Counted from the stretch's first letter, positions 15,411 through 23,120 are shown. The stretch is 24,000 nt of DNA from Epidermidibacterium keratini (GCF_009834025.1 NZ_CP047156.1:2850067-2874066), one strand, 5' to 3'. Made by a program: numbers and translations. The notes: a model not told the origin generated them from the letters alone.

Positions 15411-16988
15411 ATGCCTGACATCCCCTCGGGGTCGTTTTTCATTACGACTCCTATCTACTACGTGACGGCCGCCCCGCATATCGGCAGCGCCTACACCACG
15501 ACCGCCGCCGACGTACTCGCTCGGTGGCACCGGCAGCGCGGCGAGAACGTGTATTTCCTGACCGGAACCGACGAGCACGGTCAGAAGGTGATGCGCACGG
15601 CACAGAAGGCCGGCAAGGGACCGCAGGAGTTCGTCGACGAGCTCGTACGCGATGAGTGGAAGCCCGCGTGGGAGCTGCTGGACATCAAGCCCGACCGGTT
15701 CATCCGCACCACCGACGAGGACCACGTCCGTCAGGTGCAGGAGTTCTGGCAGCGGCTGTACGACGCCGGCTGGGTCTACGAAGGCGAGTACACCGGGCGC
15801 TACTGCGTGGACTGTGAGGAGTTCAAGTCCGACGACCAGGTCGATGCTGAGGGCAACTGCCTGATCCACGAGCGCCCGACCGAGATCATCAGCGAGAAGA
15901 ACTGGTTCTTCAAGCTCAGCGAGTTCGGCGACAAGCTGCTCGCGCTGTATGACGAGGTCCCCGACTTCATCGCGCCAGCGGGCAGCCGCAACGAGATCAT
16001 CAACTACGTCAAGTCCGGCCTGCACGACCTGTCGATCTCCCGCTCGTCCTTCGACTGGGGCATCAAGGTGCCGTGGGATGACACGCAGGTCCTCTATGTC
16101 TGGATCGACGCCCTGCTGAACTACACCAGCGCCGCGCAGATCTTCGATGACCCCGAGCACTTCGCCGAGATCTGGCCGCCGACCCACCTGATGAGCCGCG
16201 ACATCCTGCGCTTCCACTCGGTGATCTGGCCGGCGATGCTGATGGCCGCCGGGTTCGCACCGCCGCGCCGCGTCTACGTGCACGGCTACCTGCTGGTCGG
16301 GGGCAAGAAGATGGCCAAGAGCAACGCCACGGCCATCCACCCGCGCGAGATCGTCGACACGTTCGGCGCGGACGCCTACCGCTACTACTTCATGAAGTCG
16401 ATCCCGTTCGGCTCCGACGCGTCGTTCTCGTGGGAGCACATTCAAGCGGTGTACGCCGACGAGCTCGCCAACAACCTCGGCAACCTCGCCTCCCGCGTCG
16501 CGGCGATGATCGGACGCTACTTCGACGGCGTACTGCCCTCGCCGGGAGCGCTGACCGATGCCGACGGCGAGATCGCCGACGCGCTTCGCAACGCTGCCCA
16601 GCGCGCGGATGTCGCCATCAGCAACCTGCACATCCACGAGGCGGTCGGCTACACGCACGACTTCGTGACGCGGGTCAACGGCTACATCACCGAGCAGGAG
16701 CCGTGGAAGGTCGCCAAGGACGACTCGCCGCTGGCGCGTGAGCGGCTCGCCACGATCCTCTACACCTGCGCGGAAGCGCTGCGCGCCGTCGCCGTACTGC
16801 ACAACTCGGTGATGCCGACGGCGATGGCCAAGCTGTGGGACTCACTCGGCGCCACGCAGACGCTCGGCGCGTTGGACGACCAGCCGCTGTCGAGTGCTGC
16901 CGAGTGGGGCACGCTGCCCGTCGGCGCGAGCGTGACGAAGGGCGAGGTGCTCTTTCCGCGGATCGAGACCGAGGCCGCACCGGCATGA
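15411..16988 (+). CDS. metG: Methionine--tRNA ligase (short form without the C-terminal dimerisation domain)
   Basis: It has the HIGH motif PHIGSAYT, the KMSKS motif KMAKS, and a Cys/His knuckle region CVDCEEF...NCLIHE. Confidence 0.95.
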   Translation: MPDIPSGSFFITTPIYYVTAAPHIGSAYTTTAADVLARWHRQRGENVYFLTGTDEHGQKVMRTAQKAGKGPQEFVDELVRDEWKPAWELLDIKPDRFIRTTDEDHVRQVQEFWQRLYDAGWVYEGEYTGRYCVDCEEFKSDDQVDAEGNCLIHERPTEIISEKNWFFKLSEFGDKLLALYDEVPDFIAPAGSRNEIINYVKSGLHDLSISRSSFDWGIKVPWDDTQVLYVWIDALLNYTSAAQIFDDPEHFAEIWPPTHLMSRDILRFHSVIWPAMLMAAGFAPPRRVYVHGYLLVGGKKMAKSNATAIHPREIVDTFGADAYRYYFMKSIPFGSDASFSWEHIQAVYADELANNLGNLASRVAAMIGRYFDGVLPSPGALTDADGEIADALRNAAQRADVAISNLHIHEAVGYTHDFVTRVNGYITEQEPWKVAKDDSPLARERLATILYTCAEALRAVAVLHNSVMPTAMAKLWDSLGATQTLGALDDQPLSSAAEWGTLPVGASVTKGEVLFPRIETEAAPA

Positions 16989-17830
16989 GCCGCAAGCGTG
17001 ACGGCGAGGCGCCGCCGCTGCCCGAGCCGCTCCCGGCGCCGATCGTCGACAACCACACGCACCTGGACATCGTGCTGGAGTCGGTCGACTCGAGCACCGG
17101 CGCTGAGCTGGACAAGGCGCAGTCGGTTGGAGTCGACCGCATCGTGCAGGTGGGTACGACGCTGCAGTCCTCGGTGTGGGCCGCGCAGCTGGCAGCCAGC
17201 GATGACCGCGTGCTGGCGGCGATCGCCGTACACCCCAACGATGCGCCGCGGCTGGATGCTCGCGAGCTCGATGCCGCGCTCGCCGAGCTTGACCAACTGG
17301 CTGGCCAGCAGCGCGTGCGCGCAGTGGGCGAGACCGGGCTGGACTTCTATCGCACGCGTGACGACGAGGCGCTGAAGGTGCAAGAGCAGTCGTTTCGCCG
17401 GCACATCGACCTGGCGAAGCGGCATGGACTCGCGCTGATGATCCACGACCGCGACGCCCACGATGACGTCTTTGCGGTGCTGGAGTCCGAGGGGGCACCG
17501 GACACTGTGGTCTTCCACTGCTTCTCCGGCGATGCGGCGATGGCGCGTCGGTGTGCCGATCTGGGCTACTACATGTCGTTTGCCGGCAACACGACCTTCG
17601 CGAAGTCGACCGACCTGCGCGAGGCCGCGGTCGTGGCACCGCGTGAGCTGCTCATGCTGGAGACCGATGCGCCGTTCCTGACGCCGACGCCGTACCGCGG
17701 CCGGCCCAACTCGCCCTACCTCACCGCGCTCACGGCGCGGGCGATTGCCGACGAACGCGGCGATGACCTCGGCGAACTGTGCGTCGCGGTGAGCGAGAAC
17801 GCCGAGCGGGTATACGGCTCCTGGGCCTAA
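16985..17830 (+). CDS. tatD: TatD family metal-dependent hydrolase/DNase
   Basis: Motifs: DNHTHLD, GETGLDFYR, MIHDRDAHDD, HCFSGD and LETDAPFLTP. I chose ATG at 16985, which forms an ATGA overlap with the metG stop. The track's upstream extension overlaps metG. Confidence 0.9.
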   Translation: MSRKRDGEAPPLPEPLPAPIVDNHTHLDIVLESVDSSTGAELDKAQSVGVDRIVQVGTTLQSSVWAAQLAASDDRVLAAIAVHPNDAPRLDARELDAALAELDQLAGQQRVRAVGETGLDFYRTRDDEALKVQEQSFRRHIDLAKRHGLALMIHDRDAHDDVFAVLESEGAPDTVVFHCFSGDAAMARRCADLGYYMSFAGNTTFAKSTDLREAAVVAPRELLMLETDAPFLTPTPYRGRPNSPYLTALTARAIADERGDDLGELCVAVSENAERVYGSWA

Positions 17831-17866
17831 GCCGGCCACGGCGGGAGCACAGCGTCCGCGTTGGAT

Positions 17867-17884
17867 AGGTCACGAAAGGTCACG
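17867..17884 (+). promoter_or_regulatory. Tandem direct repeat AGGTCACG-aa-AGGTCACG (10-bp period) upstream of the rpfB promoter
   Basis: AGGTCACG lies at 17867-17874 and at 17877-17884. An inverted GTGACC lies at 17923-17928. The repeat ends 29 nt upstream of a TATAGT -10-like hexamer (17914-17919). Confidence 0.4.
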
Positions 17885-17933
17885 GCAGGGTAGCGGGAGC
17901 GTAACCAGCCCGTTATAGTCTTGTGACCGAAAG

Positions 17934-18005
17934 CCAGGATGGGGAAGTCCGGGTATTTTGCCTCGGGGCACACGTGTGCCCGGACGCGCCTGTTCCCCTG
18001 CCTGG
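17934..18005 (+). promoter_or_regulatory. Structured 5' leader of rpfB (multi-tier hairpin; candidate cis-regulatory RNA)
   Basis: Nested complementarity: CCAGG(17934-38)/CCTGG(18001-05), GGGGAA(17941-46)/TTCCCC(17993-98), GTCC(17947-50)/GGAC(17982-85), and an apical perfect 16-nt palindrome GGGCACACGTGTGCCC (17966-81). A competing CCGGG(17949-53)/CCCGG(17979-83) pairing exists. The structure ends 22 nt before GTG 18028. A TATAGT -10-like box sits at 17914-17919. Confidence 0.4.
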
Positions 18006-18027
18006 ATGACATCACCATCGGAGAACC

Positions 18028-19236
18028 GTGCGTCTTTCCTATCGTGTCGGCCTGAGCATCCTCGCGGTTATCGCCATCGTCGGCGGGACCTTCGCGTTCA
18101 AGGCCCTCGGCAAGTCCGTGAACGTCGTCGTTGACGGCAAGTCGCAGACCGTATCCACCTACTCATCCAACGTCGAGGACGTCCTGGCCGATGCCGACGT
18201 CGACGTGAAGAACCGCGACGAGGTCACCCCGTCGCTGAAGTCCGGCGTCAAGGACGGCGCCGCGATCAACGTGACCCGCGCCCGGATGGTCAACTACACC
18301 ATCGATGGCGTGCAGGAGGCTCAGTACCTCACCGCCCTCACCGTTGACGACGCGCTGCAGGAGCTTGGCGTCGCTGACAACGCCGAGGTCTCGGCCGCTC
18401 GTGACGAGCAGATTCCGCTGAAGGGCACGTCGCTGGAGATCACCACCTCCAAGGACATCACCATCAACGTTGACGGTCAGCAGCTGACCGCCTCCTCGAC
18501 CGCGCCTGATGTCGCCACGTTGCTGGCCGACAACGGCATCGTGCTGGAGCAGCAGGACTACACCGACCCGCTGGCGACCACCGCGCTGACGCCCGGCATG
18601 ACGATCACCGTCAACCGCGTGCGCATCACGCAGGTGCAGGAAGTCCAGACGATCGACTACCAGGTCATCGAGCAGCCCGACGGCGGTCTGGAGAAGGGCG
18701 ACAAGAAGACCGCGACCGAAGGCGTCGAAGGCGAGCAGGTCGTCACCTACAACGTGACCACCACCAATGGCGCGGAGACTGCCAAGGAGCAGGCGGCCGT
18801 GCAGGTCACCAAGGAGCCGGTCAACAAGGTCGTGCTGGTCGGCACTGCCGAGCCCGCTCCGAGCACCTCCTCGAGCGCGCCGAGCACCTCCAGCGGCTCC
18901 GGCTCCGGCGGCTCTGGCAGCGGCTCTGGTTCCGGCGGTGGCTCCGGCTCCGGCGGCGGCAACACCGGCGCGCAGCCCCCGGCTGACAGCAGTGGCCTGA
19001 ACTGGGACGCCCTGGCGCAGTGCGAGTCCAGCGGCAACTGGGCCATCAACACCGGCAACGGTTACTACGGCGGCGTGCAGTTCGACAAGCGGACCTGGGA
19101 TGCCTATGGCGGATCGGCGTACGCCGCATACCCGCACCAGGCGAGCCGTGAGCAGCAGATCGCAGTGGCGACTCAGCTGTACAACGCTCGCGGCATCCAG
19201 CCGTGGCCGAAGTGCGGGCCGAAGCTGCTCTCGTAA
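18028..19236 (+). CDS. rpfB: Resuscitation-promoting factor RpfB-type (TM anchor, 3x DUF348, G5, Gly/Ser linker, Rpf lysozyme-like transglycosylase domain)
   Basis: Evidence by region: an N-terminal TM segment ([17 protein letters not shown]); three repeats of the V.VDG......T....V...L.. DUF348 pattern; a G5-like segment ([22 protein letters not shown]); and a C-terminal [37 protein letters not shown]...[14 protein letters not shown]...WPKCG. Confidence 0.85.
   Translation: MRLSYRVGLSILAVIAIVGGTFAFKALGKSVNVVVDGKSQTVSTYSSNVEDVLADADVDVKNRDEVTPSLKSGVKDGAAINVTRARMVNYTIDGVQEAQYLTALTVDDALQELGVADNAEVSAARDEQIPLKGTSLEITTSKDITINVDGQQLTASSTAPDVATLLADNGIVLEQQDYTDPLATTALTPGMTITVNRVRITQVQEVQTIDYQVIEQPDGGLEKGDKKTATEGVEGEQVVTYNVTTTNGAETAKEQAAVQVTKEPVNKVVLVGTAEPAPSTSSSAPSTSSGSGSGGSGSGSGSGGGSGSGGGNTGAQPPADSSGLNWDALAQCESSGNWAINTGNGYYGGVQFDKRTWDAYGGSAYAAYPHQASREQQIAVATQLYNARGIQPWPKCGPKLLS
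18892..18960 (+). repeat. Coding Gly/Ser low-complexity tract (GGC/TCC-type trinucleotide repeats) in the RpfB linker
   Basis: It translates to [23 protein letters not shown]. It is preceded by a 12-nt direct repeat CCGAGCACCTCC (18859-18870 and 18880-18891). Confidence 0.8.
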
Positions 19237-19250
19237 TTACGTGTCACCAC

Positions 19251-19282
19251 GGCGCGGCGGCAGTCTCGGCTGCCGCCGCGCC
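19251..19282 (+). terminator. GC-only 13-bp stem / 6-nt loop hairpin between the two rpf genes (attenuator or I-shaped terminator candidate)
   Basis: GGCGCGGCGGCAG(19251-63)-tctcgg-CTGCCGCCGCGCC(19270-82). It begins 15 nt after the rpfB stop. It is followed by the AGGAG Shine-Dalgarno sequence (19300-04) of the next gene. There is no U tract. Confidence 0.45.
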
Positions 19283-19310
19283 CGTGTCATTCAACGACCA
19301 GGAGTAACCC

Positions 19311-20555
19311 ATGGGTAGGCACAGCGCGCCGTCGAAGCGCGAACTGCGCCGTCGCGACGCGACGCAGGCAGTCGAGCACGCCGCGCCAATTCTCGATGAG
19401 ACCGTTGTGACCGAGTCATCGGAGCCTGCCGCCCCGGTCGCTGACGAGAAGCCGCAGAAGTCCGGTGGCTTTCTGGCCGGTGCTGGCCTGCCGCGACGGC
19501 TCGCGCTCGGTGCCGCCGCAAGCATCCTCGTGGCCGGCACTGTCGGCTTCATCGGAATGGGCAAGTCCGTCACGGTCGTCGTTGACGGCAAACCGGTCAC
19601 CGTGACGACGTACTCCACGACCGTGGAGGGCGCCCTGCAAGATGCTGGTGTGGACACCAGTGACCGTGACGAGGTCAAGCCGACCCCGGCGAGCGCGGTC
19701 GAAGACGGCACGACCGTGGACGTCGTACGCGCTCGCCCAGTCACGCTCAATATCGACGGCACGCCGACCACGAAGTGGGTCACCGCGCTCACTGCCGACG
19801 AAGCGCTCGACGAGCTCGGGATGACCGACTACGCACTCGCCTCGGCCGGGTCAACCGCGATCCCGCTGAAGGGCGCCAGCCTCGACGTCGCGGCCCCGAA
19901 GAACGTCTCGATCAACGTCGATGGTGGCGCGCAGCAGATCGTCACCTCCGCGAGCACCGTCGCCGACGCGTTGGCCGATGCCGGCATCGAGCTGGGGCCC
20001 GAGGACGTCACTGATCCGGCGCGCGAGGTCAAGCCGACCGAGGGCATGACGGTGACCGTCACCCGCAACGACACCAGCACGGTCGTTGAGCAGCGCGACA
20101 TCCCGTTTGCGGTCGTCGAGCAGAGCAACCCCGACGAGTACGTCGGCATCGACACCGTGGCGACCCAGGGCGTGGTCGGCAAGTCCAGCGTGACCGTCCA
20201 GATCACCAGCGTCAACGGCATTCAAGTATCGGCCACCGACGTCAGCACCGAGATCGTCACCGCTCCGGTCGACCAGGTGATCTCCAAAGGCGCCAAGCAG
20301 TTTCCGGCAGAGGTCGAGGCGCTGAACTGGGACGCGCTTGCGATGTGCGAGTCGACGATGAACCCCAAGGCGGTCAACAAGACCAACGGCAAGTACTTCG
20401 GGCTCTACCAGTTCTCGGTCGAGACCTGGGCCGGTGTCGGCGGCACCGGCAACCCGATGGACGCGAGCCCTGAGGAGCAGAACGCCCGCGCCCGGATCCT
20501 GTTCATGAAGTACGGCGCCTCCCAGTGGGAGTGCGGAAGCAACCTCTACGCCTGA
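19311..20555 (+). CDS. Second RpfB-like protein (cytoplasmic tail, TM, 3x DUF348, G5, variant transglycosylase-like domain)
   Basis: It has the same architecture as the upstream gene and aligns with it by eye through the DUF348/G5 region. The C-terminal domain is [39 protein letters not shown]...[13 protein letters not shown]...WECG. This keeps the CES and the C-terminal Cys but replaces the [15 protein letters not shown] block. The stop overlaps the rsmA ATG (TGATG). Confidence 0.8.
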   Translation: MGRHSAPSKRELRRRDATQAVEHAAPILDETVVTESSEPAAPVADEKPQKSGGFLAGAGLPRRLALGAAASILVAGTVGFIGMGKSVTVVVDGKPVTVTTYSTTVEGALQDAGVDTSDRDEVKPTPASAVEDGTTVDVVRARPVTLNIDGTPTTKWVTALTADEALDELGMTDYALASAGSTAIPLKGASLDVAAPKNVSINVDGGAQQIVTSASTVADALADAGIELGPEDVTDPAREVKPTEGMTVTVTRNDTSTVVEQRDIPFAVVEQSNPDEYVGIDTVATQGVVGKSSVTVQITSVNGIQVSATDVSTEIVTAPVDQVISKGAKQFPAEVEALNWDALAMCESTMNPKAVNKTNGKYFGLYQFSVETWAGVGGTGNPMDASPEEQNARARILFMKYGASQWECGSNLYA

Positions 20556-21409
20556 TGGCCCTGCTCGGCCCTGCTCGGATCCGAGAGCTCGCAGATGAGG
20601 TCGGTCTGCGTCCGACGAAGACCCTCGGACAAAACTTTGTGCACGACGCGAATACCGTGCGCCGGATTATCGCGGCGGCGCAGCTGGAGCCCGATGACGT
20701 GGTCCTTGAGGTCGGTCCGGGTCTTGGCTCGCTGACGCTGGGCCTGCTGGAGGCTGGGCACCGGGTAACGGCGGTCGAGATTGACCCAGCGTTGGCGGCG
20801 CGACTGCCGCAGACCGTGGCCGAGCTGGCGCCGCACGCGGCCGACCGGCTGCAGGTGGTCAGTGGCGACGCGATGCGGATCAGCGAGCTGCCAGATCCGC
20901 AGCCAACGGCGATGGTGGCCAACCTGCCCTATAACGTCTCGGTGCCGGTGTTGCTGCACCTGCTCGCTACTTTCCCTTCCCTGCATCGCATCTTGGTGAT
21001 GGTGCAGGCTGAGGTCGCGCACCGGCTCGCGGCCGCGCCGGGCTCGAAGCTGTACGGCGTACCGTCGGTCAAGGCTGCCTGGTACGCCGATGTGCGGCTG
21101 TCGCTTACGGTCAGTCGGCAGATCTTCTGGCCGGTGCCGAATGTCGACTCGGCGCTCGTGTCGCTGACCCGCAGGCCGGCGCCGCGCTCCGACGTACCCG
21201 TGCAGTCGGTGTTCGCGGTCGTCGATGCGGCCTTTGCACAGCGGCGCAAGATGCTGCGCGCCGCGCTCGGTCCGCTTTTTGGCTCCTCTCAGGCCGCTAC
21301 CACCGCACTCGAAGCCGCCGGGGTCGACCCGACCGCGCGCGGGGAAACCCTGGACGTGGAAGACTTCGTGTCTATAGCCCAGCAGTGGGACGGCTCAGGG
21401 ACCGCCTAG
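20555..21409 (+). CDS. rsmA: 16S rRNA (adenine1518/1519-N6)-dimethyltransferase RsmA/KsgA
   Basis: Motifs: [28 protein letters not shown] and FAQRRKML. I chose ATG at 20555, 1 nt overlapping the upstream stop. Confidence 0.9.
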   Translation: MALLGPARIRELADEVGLRPTKTLGQNFVHDANTVRRIIAAAQLEPDDVVLEVGPGLGSLTLGLLEAGHRVTAVEIDPALAARLPQTVAELAPHAADRLQVVSGDAMRISELPDPQPTAMVANLPYNVSVPVLLHLLATFPSLHRILVMVQAEVAHRLAAAPGSKLYGVPSVKAAWYADVRLSLTVSRQIFWPVPNVDSALVSLTRRPAPRSDVPVQSVFAVVDAAFAQRRKMLRAALGPLFGSSQAATTALEAAGVDPTARGETLDVEDFVSIAQQWDGSGTA

Positions 21410-21538
21410 TAGAAAACGGAGACTTCGACGTATGAGCGATCGACGGGTTCGCGAGCATCGCAGGCGATGGGGGCGGCGAGCGTGCGAGCCGGTCGCCAGA
21501 GCCGAGGAGCGGAGCGGTTCCGGAGAGAGCAGGGCAAT

Positions 21539-22459
21539 ATGAGCGCACCGATTCGGGTTGACGAGTATGTCGTCGCCCGAGCGCCGGCGAAGATCAACCT
21601 GCATCTTGGCGTCGGGGCGGTGCGTGAGGACGGCTTCCACGAGCTGGCGACGGTTTTTTGCGCCTTGTCGCTGAGCGACGAGGTGATCGCGAACGCGGCT
21701 CACGGGTTGAGTGTGAGCACCTCCGGTGAGGGTGCCGACGAGGTCCCCGACGACGAACGCAACCTCGCGTGGCGGGCCGCAGCGGCGCTCGCCGAACGGG
21801 CCGGGGTCTCGGCCGATGTCGAGCTGTCGATCAACAAGCAGATTCCGGTCGCCGCCGGGCTCGCCGGGGGCAGCGCTGACGCTGCGGCGACGTTGATCGC
21901 CTGCGATGCGCTGTGGCAGACCGGTGCGGCGAAGGCCGACCTGATCGAGATTGCGGCCGAGCTCGGCAGCGACGTCGCGTTTTCCTTGACTGGGGGACTG
22001 GCACTCGGCACCGGACGCGGTGAGCTGCTGTCTCCGGTGCTGGCCGCCGGAAAGTGGCACTGGGTGCTTGCGGTGGCACGCGGTGGGCTGTCAACGGCGC
22101 AGGTGTACGCCGAGCTGGACCGGCTGCGCGAAGGCCAGGAGGAGATCCCGCTGCTGACGCCGGACCGTCTGATGAACGCGTTGCGCGCGCGAGACCTGGA
22201 TCTGCTCGGGGAGAACCTGCACAACGACATGGAGCCTGCGGCGTACTCGCTGATGCCCGAGTTGCGGCGTACCCGTCGCGCTGGGCTTCAGGAGGGCGCG
22301 GTGGCCGCGGTGATGTGCGGGTCCGGTCCGACGTTTGCATTCTTGACCGAAGACGAGGAGTCGGCGATCGACCTGGCGGCGGCGATCTCCGCGCTGGATG
22401 TCGCACGCACGGTGCGTACGGCGACCGGCCCGGTCACCGGAGCGCGGATCGTCGCCTAG
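21539..22459 (+). CDS. ispE: 4-(cytidine 5'-diphospho)-2-C-methyl-D-erythritol kinase
   Basis: It has APAKINLHLGV...REDGFHEL and the GHMP-kinase motif PVAAGLAGGSADAAATL. I chose ATG at 21539, with GGAGAGAG 9 nt upstream. The track's extension from 21467 is Arg-rich, with rare codons (cga, aga, gga). Confidence 0.9.
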   Translation: MSAPIRVDEYVVARAPAKINLHLGVGAVREDGFHELATVFCALSLSDEVIANAAHGLSVSTSGEGADEVPDDERNLAWRAAAALAERAGVSADVELSINKQIPVAAGLAGGSADAAATLIACDALWQTGAAKADLIEIAAELGSDVAFSLTGGLALGTGRGELLSPVLAAGKWHWVLAVARGGLSTAQVYAELDRLREGQEEIPLLTPDRLMNALRARDLDLLGENLHNDMEPAAYSLMPELRRTRRAGLQEGAVAAVMCGSGPTFAFLTEDEESAIDLAAAISALDVARTVRTATGPVTGARIVA

Positions 22460-22471
22460 CGACTGCAGACC

Positions 22472-23080
22472 CTACTTCTTCGGAGAGAGGCGAAGCGTTG
22501 GCTTGGCCTCAAGATGCGACAGGCCGTTCCAGGCCAGGTTGACCAGGTGGGCCGCGACGACGTCCTTCTTAGGCTTACGCGCCTCAAGCCACCACTGCCC
22601 GGTCATCACGACCATCCCGACGAGGGCCTGGGAGTAGAGCGCGGCGAGCTTGGTCTCGTAACCACCGGCCTTGAACGAGCGGTCCAGGATGTGCTCGACC
22701 CGGGAGGCAACGTCGTTGATCAGGCTGGAGAAGTTGCCTCCGGCGCTGCCGACCGGCGCGTCGCGGGTGAGCACCTTGAATCCGTCGGTGTCGTTTTCGA
22801 TGTAGTCCAGCAGCACCAGTGCCGCCTTCTCCAGCAGTTGGCGCGGGTGCCCGCTGGCGAGAGCTGTTTCGAACCGCTCCAGCAGCGTCGACATCTCGCG
22901 GTCCACGACGACGGCGTACAGCCCTTCCTTGCCACCGAAGTGCTCGTAGACGACCGGTTTGCTCACGTTCGCCCGCGCCGCGATCTCCTCGATCGAGGTG
23001 CCGTCAAAACCGCGTTCGGCGAAGATGACCCGACCGATCTCGACAAGCTGCTGGCGTCGCTGTGCCCCGGTCATTCGCAT
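22472..23080 (-). CDS. TetR/AcrR family transcriptional regulator
   Basis: The N-terminal HTH is FAERGFDGTSIEEIAARANVSKPVVYEHFGGKEGLY. The gene lies 40 nt downstream of the desaturase gene on the same strand. The alternative start at 23074 is equally possible. Confidence 0.85.
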   Translation of the reverse strand: MRMTGAQRRQQLVEIGRVIFAERGFDGTSIEEIAARANVSKPVVYEHFGGKEGLYAVVVDREMSTLLERFETALASGHPRQLLEKAALVLLDYIENDTDGFKVLTRDAPVGSAGGNFSSLINDVASRVEHILDRSFKAGGYETKLAALYSQALVGMVVMTGQWWLEARKPKKDVVAAHLVNLAWNGLSHLEAKPTLRLSPKK

Positions 23081-23120
23081 GTGGGGCAGTCTCTCATGTC
23101 CGCCGTCGCGGACCTGCGGC

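Noticed and set aside
15402-16802. 466-aa ORF antisense to metG. Similar long opposite-strand or alternate-frame ORFs occur elsewhere, for example 2668-3672, 3329-4561, 3826-4686, 6018-7133, 9553-10644, 12339-13292, 13240-14037, 14499-15323, 16760-17839, 18163-19137 and 22514-23176.
   Set aside because: Their translations are Arg/Ala/Gly/Pro/His-rich low-complexity strings with no recognisable motifs. Each fully overlaps a gene with clear family signatures. Long stop-free antisense frames are expected in high-GC DNA.
17827-18018. 63-aa minus-strand ORF occupying the tatD-rpfB intergenic region.
   Set aside because: It has no Shine-Dalgarno sequence; the upstream sequence is the complement of the rpfB ribosome-binding site. 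It has no recognisable motif and its third-position bias is only moderate. Its existence is explained by the palindromic and structured leader sequence. It is kept only as a remote possibility.
17861-18027. Possibility that the rpfB leader is a ydaO/c-di-AMP riboswitch, as is known upstream of other actinobacterial rpf genes.
   Set aside because: I could not find the conserved ydaO blocks (pseudo-two-fold ACGGGG..CC / GGGUGAAUC / CCCGAAUCC-type elements) in order by eye. The region is therefore reported only as an unclassified structured leader pending cmsearch.
18892-18960. Short tandem repeats that might suggest a CRISPR array or VNTR locus.
   Set aside because: The repeats are trinucleotide-phased and in frame inside the rpfB CDS, encoding a Gly/Ser linker. 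There is no repeat-spacer organisation anywhere in the window.
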